This document shows positions 42,051 through 50,107 of a stretch of DNA of 64,000 bases, piece by piece. Where the stretch lies: positions 1,023-65,022 of the forward strand of contig JAYPTH010000004.1 of NCBI GenBank assembly GCA_038133485.1, in the 5' to 3' direction. The notes below the pieces were generated by a model, which ran no database searches, was not told where the DNA came from, and was given only the letters and a program-made list of their open reading frames with translations. This stretch comes from Gammaproteobacteria bacterium. Lineage in GTDB: Bacteria; Pseudomonadota; Gammaproteobacteria; Magnimaribacterales; TMED112. Position 1 is the first letter of the stretch; every line of letters starts with the position of its first letter. The position numbers and the translations under genes were made by a program.

Positions 42051-43724
42051 ATGAAAAATATATTTTTTTTAATCTTTATTCTTTTAAACATGCTACATGG
42101 ATATGACAGAATAACTGGTTTGCCATTTGCAAGCAGGTCAGAAGTTATTGCAGAAAATGGTATGGCAGCAACTAGCCACCCTCTGGCAACAGATGCGGCA
42201 ATAGAAATTTTAAAAAATGGTGGTAATGCTATTGATGCTGCAATAGCTGCAAATGCAGTTTTAGGTCTTGTAGAGCCAACCGGTTGTGGTATTGGTGGAG
42301 ATTTATTTGCCATTGTCTGGGATGCCGAGACAAAGCAATTGTATGGTTTAAATTCCTCAGGGCCAGCACCGAAAGCCATGACGATAGATTTTGTGAAAAA
42401 CCAAGGCTTTGCACAGATTCCTGCTTATGGCCCACTTCCTGTAACAGTACCTGGGGCAGTAGCTGGCTGGGCTGCTCTGCATAAACGTTTTGGAAAGAAA
42501 AATTTTAAAAGTTTATTTTCTCAAGCTATCAATTATGCTGAAAATGGTTTTCCAGTAACAGAACTTATAGCCTACTACCTCAATGGTTCAAGTAGACGAT
42601 TTAAAGACTATCCAAATTTCTCTGATGTATGGATGCCAGATGGAGCAACTCCAAAAAAAGGGGAAATATTTAAAAATCCTCAACTAGCAAATACATATAA
42701 ACAGATTGCTTCATCTTATGGCAATACATTTTATAAAGGTAAAATAGCTAAAGAAATATCAGAATTGATAATTTCACAGGGAGGGCTGTTAGACGAAGAT
42801 GATTTATCCAATTTTGTCCCAGAGTGGATAGATCCAGTTTCAACCAACTACAGAGGTTATGATGTCTGGGAACTTCCTCCTAATGGTCAAGGTATAGCGG
42901 CCTTGCAAATTCTTAATATTCTTGAGAACTTTGATATAAGTTCAATGGACTTAGATTCAGCTGAATATGTACACCTTTTTACTGAAGCTAAAAAATTAGC
43001 ATTTGAAGATCGAGCATATTTTTATGCAGACCCAAATTTTTCTGAAATTCCAACAAATATTTTAATTTCAAAAGAATATGCCAAAGAACGTCTGCCTCTT
43101 ATTGATATGAATAAAGCAAGTAGCAAATATGATGCTGGTATAGAACATGGAGATACTATATATCTCACGGTTGCTGATAAATATGGCAACATGGTCTCAC
43201 TGATTCAGAGCAATTATAGAGGCATGGGTTCCGGTATGGTGCCAAAAGGTTTAGGTTTTATGCTTCAAGATCGTGGTGAAATGTTTAGCTTAGACCCTGA
43301 ACATAAAAATTCTTTAGTTGGTGGCAAGCGACCTTTCCATACAATCATTCCTGCTTTTATTACAAAGAATGATCAACCATACATTTCTTTTGGATTAATG
43401 GGTGGAGCCATGCAGCCACAAGGACATGCACAGATTGTGATTAATTTAATTGATTTTGGTATGAATCTACAAGAAGCAGGTGATGCGCCCAGAATTAGGC
43501 ACGCTGGATCATCACAACCTACAGGAGAAATCATGCTTGATGGTGGCTATATAAGCTTAGAAAGTGGTTTCTCAGAAGAGACTAGAGAAAAATTAATACA
43601 AATGGGCCATAAATTACAATATGACAAAGGTAGTTTTGGTGGATATCAAGCAATAATGTTGAAAGATGGTGTATATTTTGGAGCTTCTGAAAGCAGAAAA
43701 GATGGCCATGCTGCCGGTTATTAG
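42051..43724 (+). CDS. ggt: Gamma-glutamyltransferase
   Basis: GGNAIDAAIA, GIGGD, VPG, PPNGQG, DTIYL nucleophile Thr, RPFHTIIP, MGG.MQPQGH. Confidence 0.93.
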   Translation: MKNIFFLIFILLNMLHGYDRITGLPFASRSEVIAENGMAATSHPLATDAAIEILKNGGNAIDAAIAANAVLGLVEPTGCGIGGDLFAIVWDAETKQLYGLNSSGPAPKAMTIDFVKNQGFAQIPAYGPLPVTVPGAVAGWAALHKRFGKKNFKSLFSQAINYAENGFPVTELIAYYLNGSSRRFKDYPNFSDVWMPDGATPKKGEIFKNPQLANTYKQIASSYGNTFYKGKIAKEISELIISQGGLLDEDDLSNFVPEWIDPVSTNYRGYDVWELPPNGQGIAALQILNILENFDISSMDLDSAEYVHLFTEAKKLAFEDRAYFYADPNFSEIPTNILISKEYAKERLPLIDMNKASSKYDAGIEHGDTIYLTVADKYGNMVSLIQSNYRGMGSGMVPKGLGFMLQDRGEMFSLDPEHKNSLVGGKRPFHTIIPAFITKNDQPYISFGLMGGAMQPQGHAQIVINLIDFGMNLQEAGDAPRIRHAGSSQPTGEIMLDGGYISLESGFSEETREKLIQMGHKLQYDKGSFGGYQAIMLKDGVYFGASESRKDGHAAGY

Positions 43725-43800
43725 CGCCTGTAGCTCAGTTGGATAGAGCACTTGGCTTCGAACCAAGGGGTCGGGAGTTCGAGTCTTCCCGGGCGCGCCA
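43724..43800 (+). tRNA. tRNA-Arg(TCG)
   Basis: 77-nt cloverleaf; anticodon arm CTTGG-CTTCGAA-CCAAG; GCCA end. Confidence 0.95.
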
Positions 43801-43802
43801 AA

Positions 43803-44660
43803 TTATTTAGATTTTTCCATATTGGAGAAGAATACACCAATTAAAATTAATACGGCGCCAGCAATAAGCGTTTTAGTTATAACTTCATCTAAAAATACAA
43901 TTCCTAAAGTAATGCTTGATAATGGAACAAAGTAAGTAACATAAGAAGCATTGATAGGCCCTATTCTTTTAATTAGCTTAATAAATATTACATAAGCTAA
44001 TGAAGTATTAATAATCCCAAGGAGCGCTAAATAAAGCCAAGAAGTTGAGGAAATTTGATTAAGTGTTGAGGTGTAATTTAGTAAAAATGGCAACATGATT
44101 ATGGCACCAACAATGATAGAACCCATGCCGATAAATGAATTACTTAACTTGTCTGGTGTTTTAGCTAAATATATACCTGCAACTGCATAAGACATAGAAG
44201 CAACTATACATAAGATACCAGAGAATGTGTCTAAAGCACTAGACGGCCCTACTAAAACAAACAAACCGATAAAACCTAATAGCACTCCTGCTAATTTTTT
44301 ATAGGAGAATTCATTTCTATAAAGAGAAAATAATAATAACGCAGTCAAAATTGGTACAGTTGCTTGCAATATTGATAAAGATCCAGCACCAAGTTTTAGA
44401 GATGCATAAGAAAATAAAGTAAAGGGTAAGGCTGTATTTAGTATGCCTATTAATACAAAAGAAAATCCATGATCATGAAATGAATATTTTTTCATTTTAT
44501 TTAAAAAGAATGGCAAGATAAAAATTGCTGCAAGCTGCATCCTAATTGAAACAATCTGTAATGGTTCTAGGCCGTCAAGCACTAACAGACGAACAAATAA
44601 AAATGATCCGCCCCATAAAATGGATACAAGTACTAAAATTAAGAAATCTCTGGTGTTCAT
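43803..44660 (-). CDS. DMT/EamA family transporter
   Basis: About ten TM helices; LWGGSF, LGAG..SILQATVP, LIKRIGP, LGIVFLDE. Confidence 0.92.
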   Translation of the reverse strand: MNTRDFLILVLVSILWGGSFLFVRLLVLDGLEPLQIVSIRMQLAAIFILPFFLNKMKKYSFHDHGFSFVLIGILNTALPFTLFSYASLKLGAGSLSILQATVPILTALLLFSLYRNEFSYKKLAGVLLGFIGLFVLVGPSSALDTFSGILCIVASMSYAVAGIYLAKTPDKLSNSFIGMGSIIVGAIIMLPFLLNYTSTLNQISSTSWLYLALLGIINTSLAYVIFIKLIKRIGPINASYVTYFVPLSSITLGIVFLDEVITKTLIAGAVLILIGVFFSNMEKSK

Positions 44661-44662
44661 GC

Positions 44663-44692
44663 AAAAAAAAGCCCCTTAGTGTATAAGAGGCT
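44663..44692 (-). terminator. Rho-independent terminator
   Basis: Minus strand AGCCTCTTA-TACAC-TAAGGGGCT then a U run; the stem contains a G.U pair that works only on the minus strand. Confidence 0.85.
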
Positions 44693-44853
44693 ATTCCATA
44701 AGTAAATATTATGGTCGGATTGGATTAAGTTATTGTCAGTAACTACCTCCCAATAATCCTAAGTTGTTATATATACTAATTTGGATCACCTCCTTATGCA
44801 GAGAATTAATCTAACACGTTGTACTCCTCTGGTTTAGCAGAACGTGCGACTCT
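44663..44853 (-). ncRNA. Putative ~190-nt sRNA or leader RNA with a 16-nt complement of the 16S rRNA 3' end
   Basis: Hairpins GCACGTT/AACGTGT, GGATTA/TAATCC with AGTTA/TAACT, CCATAA/TTATGG, then a terminator; TAAGGAGGTGATCCAA at 44796-44781. 5' end inferred from a TAATAT -10-like hexamer. Confidence 0.65.
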
Positions 44854-44880
44854 AAATCAATATTAATTTAATTATTAAAT

Positions 44881-45045
44881 TTAGAAAAGAGATTTTTGTA
44901 TTAAAGAATCATCTTTGGCTGACTGCAATAAACAGATGAATTCTTTAGCTTGATCAAGATTATTTGAAAAATATTGAAAGGCAATTTTTTTAATTGCCAT
45001 TTCATCAATTGGGTCTTTTAAAAAATAATTTGTTAGTTCTTTCAT
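44881..45045 (-). CDS. 54-aa hypothetical SOS-regulated microprotein (absent from the ORF track)
   Basis: MKELTNYFLKDPIDEMAIKKIAFQYFSNNLDQAKEFICLLQSAKDDSLIQKSLF*; fills the gap exactly and starts at the LexA box. Confidence 0.7.
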   Translation of the reverse strand: MKELTNYFLKDPIDEMAIKKIAFQYFSNNLDQAKEFICLLQSAKDDSLIQKSLF

Positions 45046-45064
45046 ACTGTATAAGTATACAGTA
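45045..45064. promoter_or_regulatory. LexA (SOS) box
   Basis: TACTGTATAAGTATACAGTA = CTGT-N8-ACAG, 18/20 to the E. coli consensus TACTGTATATATATACAGTA; overlaps two minus-strand TATACT -10 hexamers. Confidence 0.88.
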
Positions 45065-45073
45065 TATTTGGAT

Positions 45074-45102
45074 AAAAAAAAGGGGAGGTTACCCTCCCCT
45101 TT
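45074..45102 (-). terminator. Rho-independent terminator of the TonB receptor gene
   Basis: Minus strand AAAGGGGAGG-GTAA-CCTCCCCTTTTTTTT. Confidence 0.92.
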
Positions 45103-45119
45103 AAATCACGACTAAATGA

Positions 45120-48100
45120 TTAGAATCTCCAGTTAACTGCAGCAGTAACTTCTCTACCAACTAGGAATAAGTTGATCTCACGATCAAACACGTCTTCTGT
45201 GCCGTCATAATCCATTACGTTGTTAAAGATGACTCTGAATGTTAGGTCGTCTGATGCTCTATATCCAATACCAGCATCCCAAAGAGTATACCCTTTGAAC
45301 TCTGTAATTGGCTTACCATCATAACCTATGTATTCATCATCGTACTGTCTAAATGCGCTAATGACTCCACCTGATCTTGAGTTACCTGATAGGTATGCAT
45401 ACCACTTATCATAGCTGTACTCGAAAGATGTATCGTAGAACCACTCATCATTTCCGAATTCTCCTGTTGTGTCAGCAAGGTCATCTGGGTTACCACTGGC
45501 AGCATTCTTGAAGTATACCTGTTGGTATGCTCTCCATCTGACTGCTAATGAACCAAGATCTGTTGCAACGTTATCTCTAGTAACGAATGAAAGAGCTTCA
45601 GAAACTTCTGTTCTAAAGTCTGCATTCCAGATGTATGTTGCAAATTCAATTAAACCTGCGTTCACAAGACCTGCTGTCCAGCTTACGAGCTGACCATCAG
45701 CGTCTCTTGTGAAGTTATCACAATATTTATTTGGATAATCTTCGAAGTCATAACATGCAACCAAGTTATCACTTAGTGAGAATGATGTTACATAGTCTTC
45801 TAGATTAATCTTAATGTAGTCTGCTGAGAATTGTAGATCACCAAACAATACGTCTGACCACCAGCTAGGCTGATAGATAAGACCTAATGCTTCAGTGTCA
45901 GCAATTTCGTTAGAAAGATTTGGGTTACCACCCTCTAAACCTTGAACAGTAGCGTTAACACCAATACTCACAAAGTCTGGAGCCAATCCTTCAGCAAGAC
46001 AGTTTCTTTCTCTAACATCTGGTGCTCTACCTAATCCTCTGTATCTAAAGTCACATGGATCTGGTCTAGCAAATGCGTAAGAAACAACCTGCTCTAAGAA
46101 AAGGTCACCTAAGTTAGGTGCTTTAACAGCTGTTTGTTCACTAACTCTAACTGTAATGTCATCAGTAACTCTCCATGCCAAAGATGAAGCCTCAACATCA
46201 TATGTTCCAGCTAAGCTGTTATCAATATTTCTTGCTGAGAAGTCAAAGACCAATGAATCAACAAATGGCAATGTGAAATCACCACCTACTAAAGGTACGG
46301 ATACCTCAAAGTATGTAGCATCAATTTCATAGCTACCACCTACATCTTTTCTAGAAGCACTTCTTGTCAATGCATTTGGTTGAGCAGCACCTGACATGGT
46401 TGTTATTGGAGAGTAAACAGTATCACCTCTTTCAACTCTTCCTTCCCAACCTATAGCCATACCAACTGTACCGGCAGGCATTTCAAAGATGTCACCAGAC
46501 AATGAAGCGAAAGTCATTTCCTGTGAAATAACACCTTGCTGTCTAATGTCTACGCCGACGTAGTCTCTAGCTGCTTGTGATGGTGCGCCTCTACCCATTA
46601 CGTTTAGTGGAGCACAATCCCCTGGGGAACCAAGGATACTACCACCAAATAATGTATCACCATAAATTGGTGTTGGAGGACCGTATACGTAAACATAGTT
46701 TAGTGGGTTAAATGCAGGATCGTAATTCATCTTACAATCAATCTCACCTGTTGCTGGGTTTATGCCAACATCAAGTGCAGCTGCATATCTAGCACCGATA
46801 ACTGCTGGTGCACTAGAATAAATAACTGTTTCACCAAAGCTATAACCTGCTGAGTATAGGAATTCGTTATCGTCAAGTGCAAAGTTACCTTCTACACCCA
46901 TGGTAAAGAATTCAGTATCGTTTCTATTTTCAATGGTATAACCACCGTCCCCCTTTTGTAGAAGGTCAACGTGAGATTTTGAAACCCATAGGGAATCTTG
47001 GCCATTGGCTGCAATAATATCTCTTGAACCCGCTGTGAGGTAAGGGTTGTCAATACCTATGTAAATTGGTGTGTCTTGTCCTGGAGCAAACGCATATGTT
47101 GAGTATGGATAACCAGACTGGTTACCATAGTCGAATGCAAAGAATCCATTTTTATAGACATCCAAATATAGTTCTAAATTGTCAGTAATATCGTATGTTG
47201 AGAACATGCTGAAGTTTAATCTTTCAAAGCCTGCTCTGAAGGTGTCATAGTCACCTCTAAAGCCATCATCACTATCGATAGCGAAGAAAGCGTTACCATA
47301 TGGAATACCAACGTTAAATACACCTAAGTCACCTGGTCCTGTGAAGTGATAGTGATTACCATCAGGCCATAATCCATAATATGGGTTTGAAGCATATGTA
47401 GCACTAAGTGCTAGTTCTGTATAACCTGGTGATGCTCTACCTGTTTCTGGTAGGGTTGATAATGTTACACAACCATGTGGAGCAACAGTTTCGCCATTAA
47501 AGCTGCCATATCTTGCAGCATAAGGCACTGTACTACCTTTACCAATCCATTGTGATTGATATGGTGCATCAGCATTGTATGCGTTAGCTCTGAATAAGCT
47601 ACCACAATCACCTGTAGCCTTGTTGTAGTATCTATCTACGTCTCCAGTAAATACTGTACCAACTTCATCGTACTGGAAGTTAACAACAATATTACCTCTG
47701 CCGTTAGCAAAGTTACCACCCATTGCATACTGGAAGCTGATATCTGAAGAAAGACCAGCATAGTCATCATAGATTAATGAAGCATTAGCTCCTTCAAAGT
47801 CATCTTTAAGTATGTAGTTGATAACACCTGCAATAGCATCTGAACCATACACAGCAGAACCACCAGCATTAACAACTTCAACTCTATCAATCATGACAGA
47901 CGGGATGTTGTTAAGGTCAACAGCGGAACCACTAGCACCAGATCCTATCGGAGCTGTAGAACCAATAAATCTTCTACCATTTACAAGAACAAGCGTTCTA
48001 CCTGAACCTAGGCCGAAGTTGTTAGCAATAGCCTGACCCACACTAAGGTCACTCTGGTTACCAAAAGCTCCACCTGAACCCTGTGTTAGTGAGTTTGTAA

Positions 48101-48374
48101 CTCCTATACCAGGTAGGTCAAATAACGCATCAGAAGCATTTGTATAGCCTCTGTTTTCGTATTCCTCGCCATAAATAATTTGAATTGGTTGTGAAACTTC
48201 ATATTGGCTTCTAGCAATTCTAGAACCTGTCACAACCACTTCTTCTGGCTCGGCTTCATCTTCATCCGCAGCTACTTCTACCACTTCTTCAGATGCTGAA
48301 TCAGCACCTTCTTGGGCAAAAGTAAAGCCAAAGAATCCGAGGGAAATCAAAAGAAAAAGTAATCTTTTAGTCAT
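45120..48374 (-). CDS. Large TonB-dependent receptor
   Basis: Signal peptide, EEVVVTGSRI, RTLVLVNGRR, VDLNNIP, GSAVYGSDAIAGVIN, C-terminal WRF. Start moved to MTKR (SD GGGGA). Confidence 0.95.
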   Translation of the reverse strand: MTKRLLFLLISLGFFGFTFAQEGADSASEEVVEVAADEDEAEPEEVVVTGSRIARSQYEVSQPIQIIYGEEYENRGYTNASDALFDLPGIGVTNSLTQGSGGAFGNQSDLSVGQAIANNFGLGSGRTLVLVNGRRFIGSTAPIGSGASGSAVDLNNIPSVMIDRVEVVNAGGSAVYGSDAIAGVINYILKDDFEGANASLIYDDYAGLSSDISFQYAMGGNFANGRGNIVVNFQYDEVGTVFTGDVDRYYNKATGDCGSLFRANAYNADAPYQSQWIGKGSTVPYAARYGSFNGETVAPHGCVTLSTLPETGRASPGYTELALSATYASNPYYGLWPDGNHYHFTGPGDLGVFNVGIPYGNAFFAIDSDDGFRGDYDTFRAGFERLNFSMFSTYDITDNLELYLDVYKNGFFAFDYGNQSGYPYSTYAFAPGQDTPIYIGIDNPYLTAGSRDIIAANGQDSLWVSKSHVDLLQKGDGGYTIENRNDTEFFTMGVEGNFALDDNEFLYSAGYSFGETVIYSSAPAVIGARYAAALDVGINPATGEIDCKMNYDPAFNPLNYVYVYGPPTPIYGDTLFGGSILGSPGDCAPLNVMGRGAPSQAARDYVGVDIRQQGVISQEMTFASLSGDIFEMPAGTVGMAIGWEGRVERGDTVYSPITTMSGAAQPNALTRSASRKDVGGSYEIDATYFEVSVPLVGGDFTLPFVDSLVFDFSARNIDNSLAGTYDVEASSLAWRVTDDITVRVSEQTAVKAPNLGDLFLEQVVSYAFARPDPCDFRYRGLGRAPDVRERNCLAEGLAPDFVSIGVNATVQGLEGGNPNLSNEIADTEALGLIYQPSWWSDVLFGDLQFSADYIKINLEDYVTSFSLSDNLVACYDFEDYPNKYCDNFTRDADGQLVSWTAGLVNAGLIEFATYIWNADFRTEVSEALSFVTRDNVATDLGSLAVRWRAYQQVYFKNAASGNPDDLADTTGEFGNDEWFYDTSFEYSYDKWYAYLSGNSRSGGVISAFRQYDDEYIGYDGKPITEFKGYTLWDAGIGYRASDDLTFRVIFNNVMDYDGTEDVFDREINLFLVGREVTAAVNWRF

Positions 48375-48405
48375 AATAATCCCCAAATTAATTAAAAATT
48401 AACTT

Positions 48406-48436
48406 ACTTTATCGCTCGAAATGGGCGTTTTGTCAA
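48406..48436 (-). promoter_or_regulatory. Possible sigma70 promoter of the TonB receptor
   Basis: Perfect TTGACA (48436-48431) and TAAAGT (48411-48406), but a non-ideal 19-bp spacer. Confidence 0.4.
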
Positions 48437-48500
48437 GAAAAAAGAATGAAAAAAGATAATTGAAAAGCTTATAAAATGAGGCTTTTGTTTACATTCTTGA

Positions 48501-48591
48501 TGGCGGAGAGAGAGGGATTCGAACCCTCGGAACGCTATTAACGTTCACTCACTTTCCAGGCGAGCACCTTCAGCCACTCAGTCATCTCTCC
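48501..48591 (-). tRNA. tRNA-Ser(GGA)
   Basis: GGAGAGA/TCTCTCC acceptor stem, anticodon arm CTCGC-CTGGAAA-GTGAG, long variable arm, GCCA end. Confidence 0.96.
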
Positions 48592-48601
48592 GAAAGACGC
48601 A

Positions 48602-49333
48602 TTATATCTGATAAAATTTAGAATGAAACCTTACCGGAATGATGGAAATCCCACCTCTTCTCTCAAAATGTCCTGCAATAGATTCAATGCCATAATCGCT
48701 ATTAATTAAATTAGTGAATATTTGTTCAATGCATGCTTCATGAAAAGTGTTCACATCAAAATATGTGCCTAAGTAATTTTGGATATTTGACTTGTCGATG
48801 TCTGACAAACTACCCTTTATGTAAATTTTTGCAATATCAGGCTGATCTGTAACAGGGCATAAAGATCTAAATCCCGTAAAGAGATGATCAGATATTAATT
48901 CGTTAGTTTCTTTGCTTTCTGTTAGAGGGGTTGTAGATCTAATTACTGGTAATGTTGCACATTCTAAAGTTGGATAGATGCTATCTTCAAGCACAACATC
49001 ACTTTCAGTTAACTTATCAAGTTCTTGTTTAATTATTGCCAAAACATCTTTTTGACAAGCAAATCTCCTATAAACCAAAGAACCTATATAAAGCTTCATA
49101 GATTTTGATTCAGGAATAGCTTTAGACTGAGCATCTATCTTAATACAGATCTCATCCTGATTAAGGCGGTTTGAATCATCTAGCCATAAGAGCTCATGAA
49201 TATTCCATGCATCATAACCTGTAAAGTAAGTGCTTTCTAATCCTTCCCTTTGCTCAGATCTGTTGATTGGATATAGCACAGAGGGATCATAGCTTTGTGG
49301 TACCCCTACTTTTTTACCTAAGGGATTGCCCAT
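48602..49333 (-). CDS. queF: 7-cyano-7-deazaguanine reductase (bimodular), divergent
   Basis: YDPSVL.PI.R, ESKSMKLY, SLCPVTDQPD, FHEACIEQIF, RRGG. Confidence 0.85.
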   Translation of the reverse strand: MGNPLGKKVGVPQSYDPSVLYPINRSEQREGLESTYFTGYDAWNIHELLWLDDSNRLNQDEICIKIDAQSKAIPESKSMKLYIGSLVYRRFACQKDVLAIIKQELDKLTESDVVLEDSIYPTLECATLPVIRSTTPLTESKETNELISDHLFTGFRSLCPVTDQPDIAKIYIKGSLSDIDKSNIQNYLGTYFDVNTFHEACIEQIFTNLINSDYGIESIAGHFERRGGISIIPVRFHSKFYQI

Positions 49334-50107
49334 CTACTCCCTTATCCCAACGCCTTTTCTAATTAGATGGTATGCCAATAGAAAGAAGGCAATAGTAAAT
49401 GTGCAAATCAAGCTTACACCGATCAGTGGGTCAATCTCAGATGTGCCCAACATAGCGTATCTAAAAAAATTCACAATATATAAAATTGGGTTTAATTGTG
49501 AGATAAGTTGCCATTCAGGATTGAGAATATTTATTGAATAAAATATTCCACCTAAATAAATCAAGGGTGTTAGAACAAAGGTTGGAACTATACTCACATC
49601 GTCAAATGATTTGGCATAAATTCCATTCAATAGACCCAATATCGAAAATAATAAGGATGTGAGGATTATTGAAATTATCGTTAAGAATAAACTGTCTATA
49701 GTTATTTGAACAAAAAATAAACTGGTCAACACAACTACCAGACCAACTAAAAAGCCACGCGCAATCCCACCTACTAAGAAACCACATAAAATCGCCCAAG
49801 AAGGCATGGGTGAAACAAGGATCTCTTCTATTGATTTTTGGAACTTGGTGCCAAAAAAAGCTGAGGCAACATTTGCGTAAGAATTAGTAATTACTGAAAG
49901 CATTATTAGACCTGGGACCATAAATTCAATATAGGAGAACCCCTCATAGCCCGGCATTTCTCCTATTCTTCTACCTATCAGAGAACCAAATATTAAAAAA
50001 TATAAAGCCGTAGTAATTGCTGGAGGCACTATGGTCTGTATCCATATGCGTAGAATCCTTCTGATGTTGGCATATGAGAGTGTTTTAAGAGCTTGAAAAT
50101 AATTCAT
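49334..50107 (-). CDS. yadH: ABC-2 permease (YadH-like)
   Basis: RIWIQTIVPP, PGLIM.SVITNSY.NV, FDDVSIVPTFVLTPL.YLGG.FY. Confidence 0.88.
   Translation of the reverse strand: MNYFQALKTLSYANIRRILRIWIQTIVPPAITTALYFLIFGSLIGRRIGEMPGYEGFSYIEFMVPGLIMLSVITNSYANVASAFFGTKFQKSIEEILVSPMPSWAILCGFLVGGIARGFLVGLVVVLTSLFFVQITIDSLFLTIISIILTSLLFSILGLLNGIYAKSFDDVSIVPTFVLTPLIYLGGIFYSINILNPEWQLISQLNPILYIVNFFRYAMLGTSEIDPLIGVSLICTFTIAFFLLAYHLIRKGVGIRE

Noticed and set aside
41906-43800. Mobile element bounded by tRNA att-like repeats
   Set aside because: Both copies are complete tRNAs with 8 differences; there is no integrase, and ggt composition matches the host.
44781-44796. 16S rRNA gene or remnant
   Set aside because: Only the terminal 16 nt match; the flanks are unrelated to rRNA. 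Treated as a functional motif instead.
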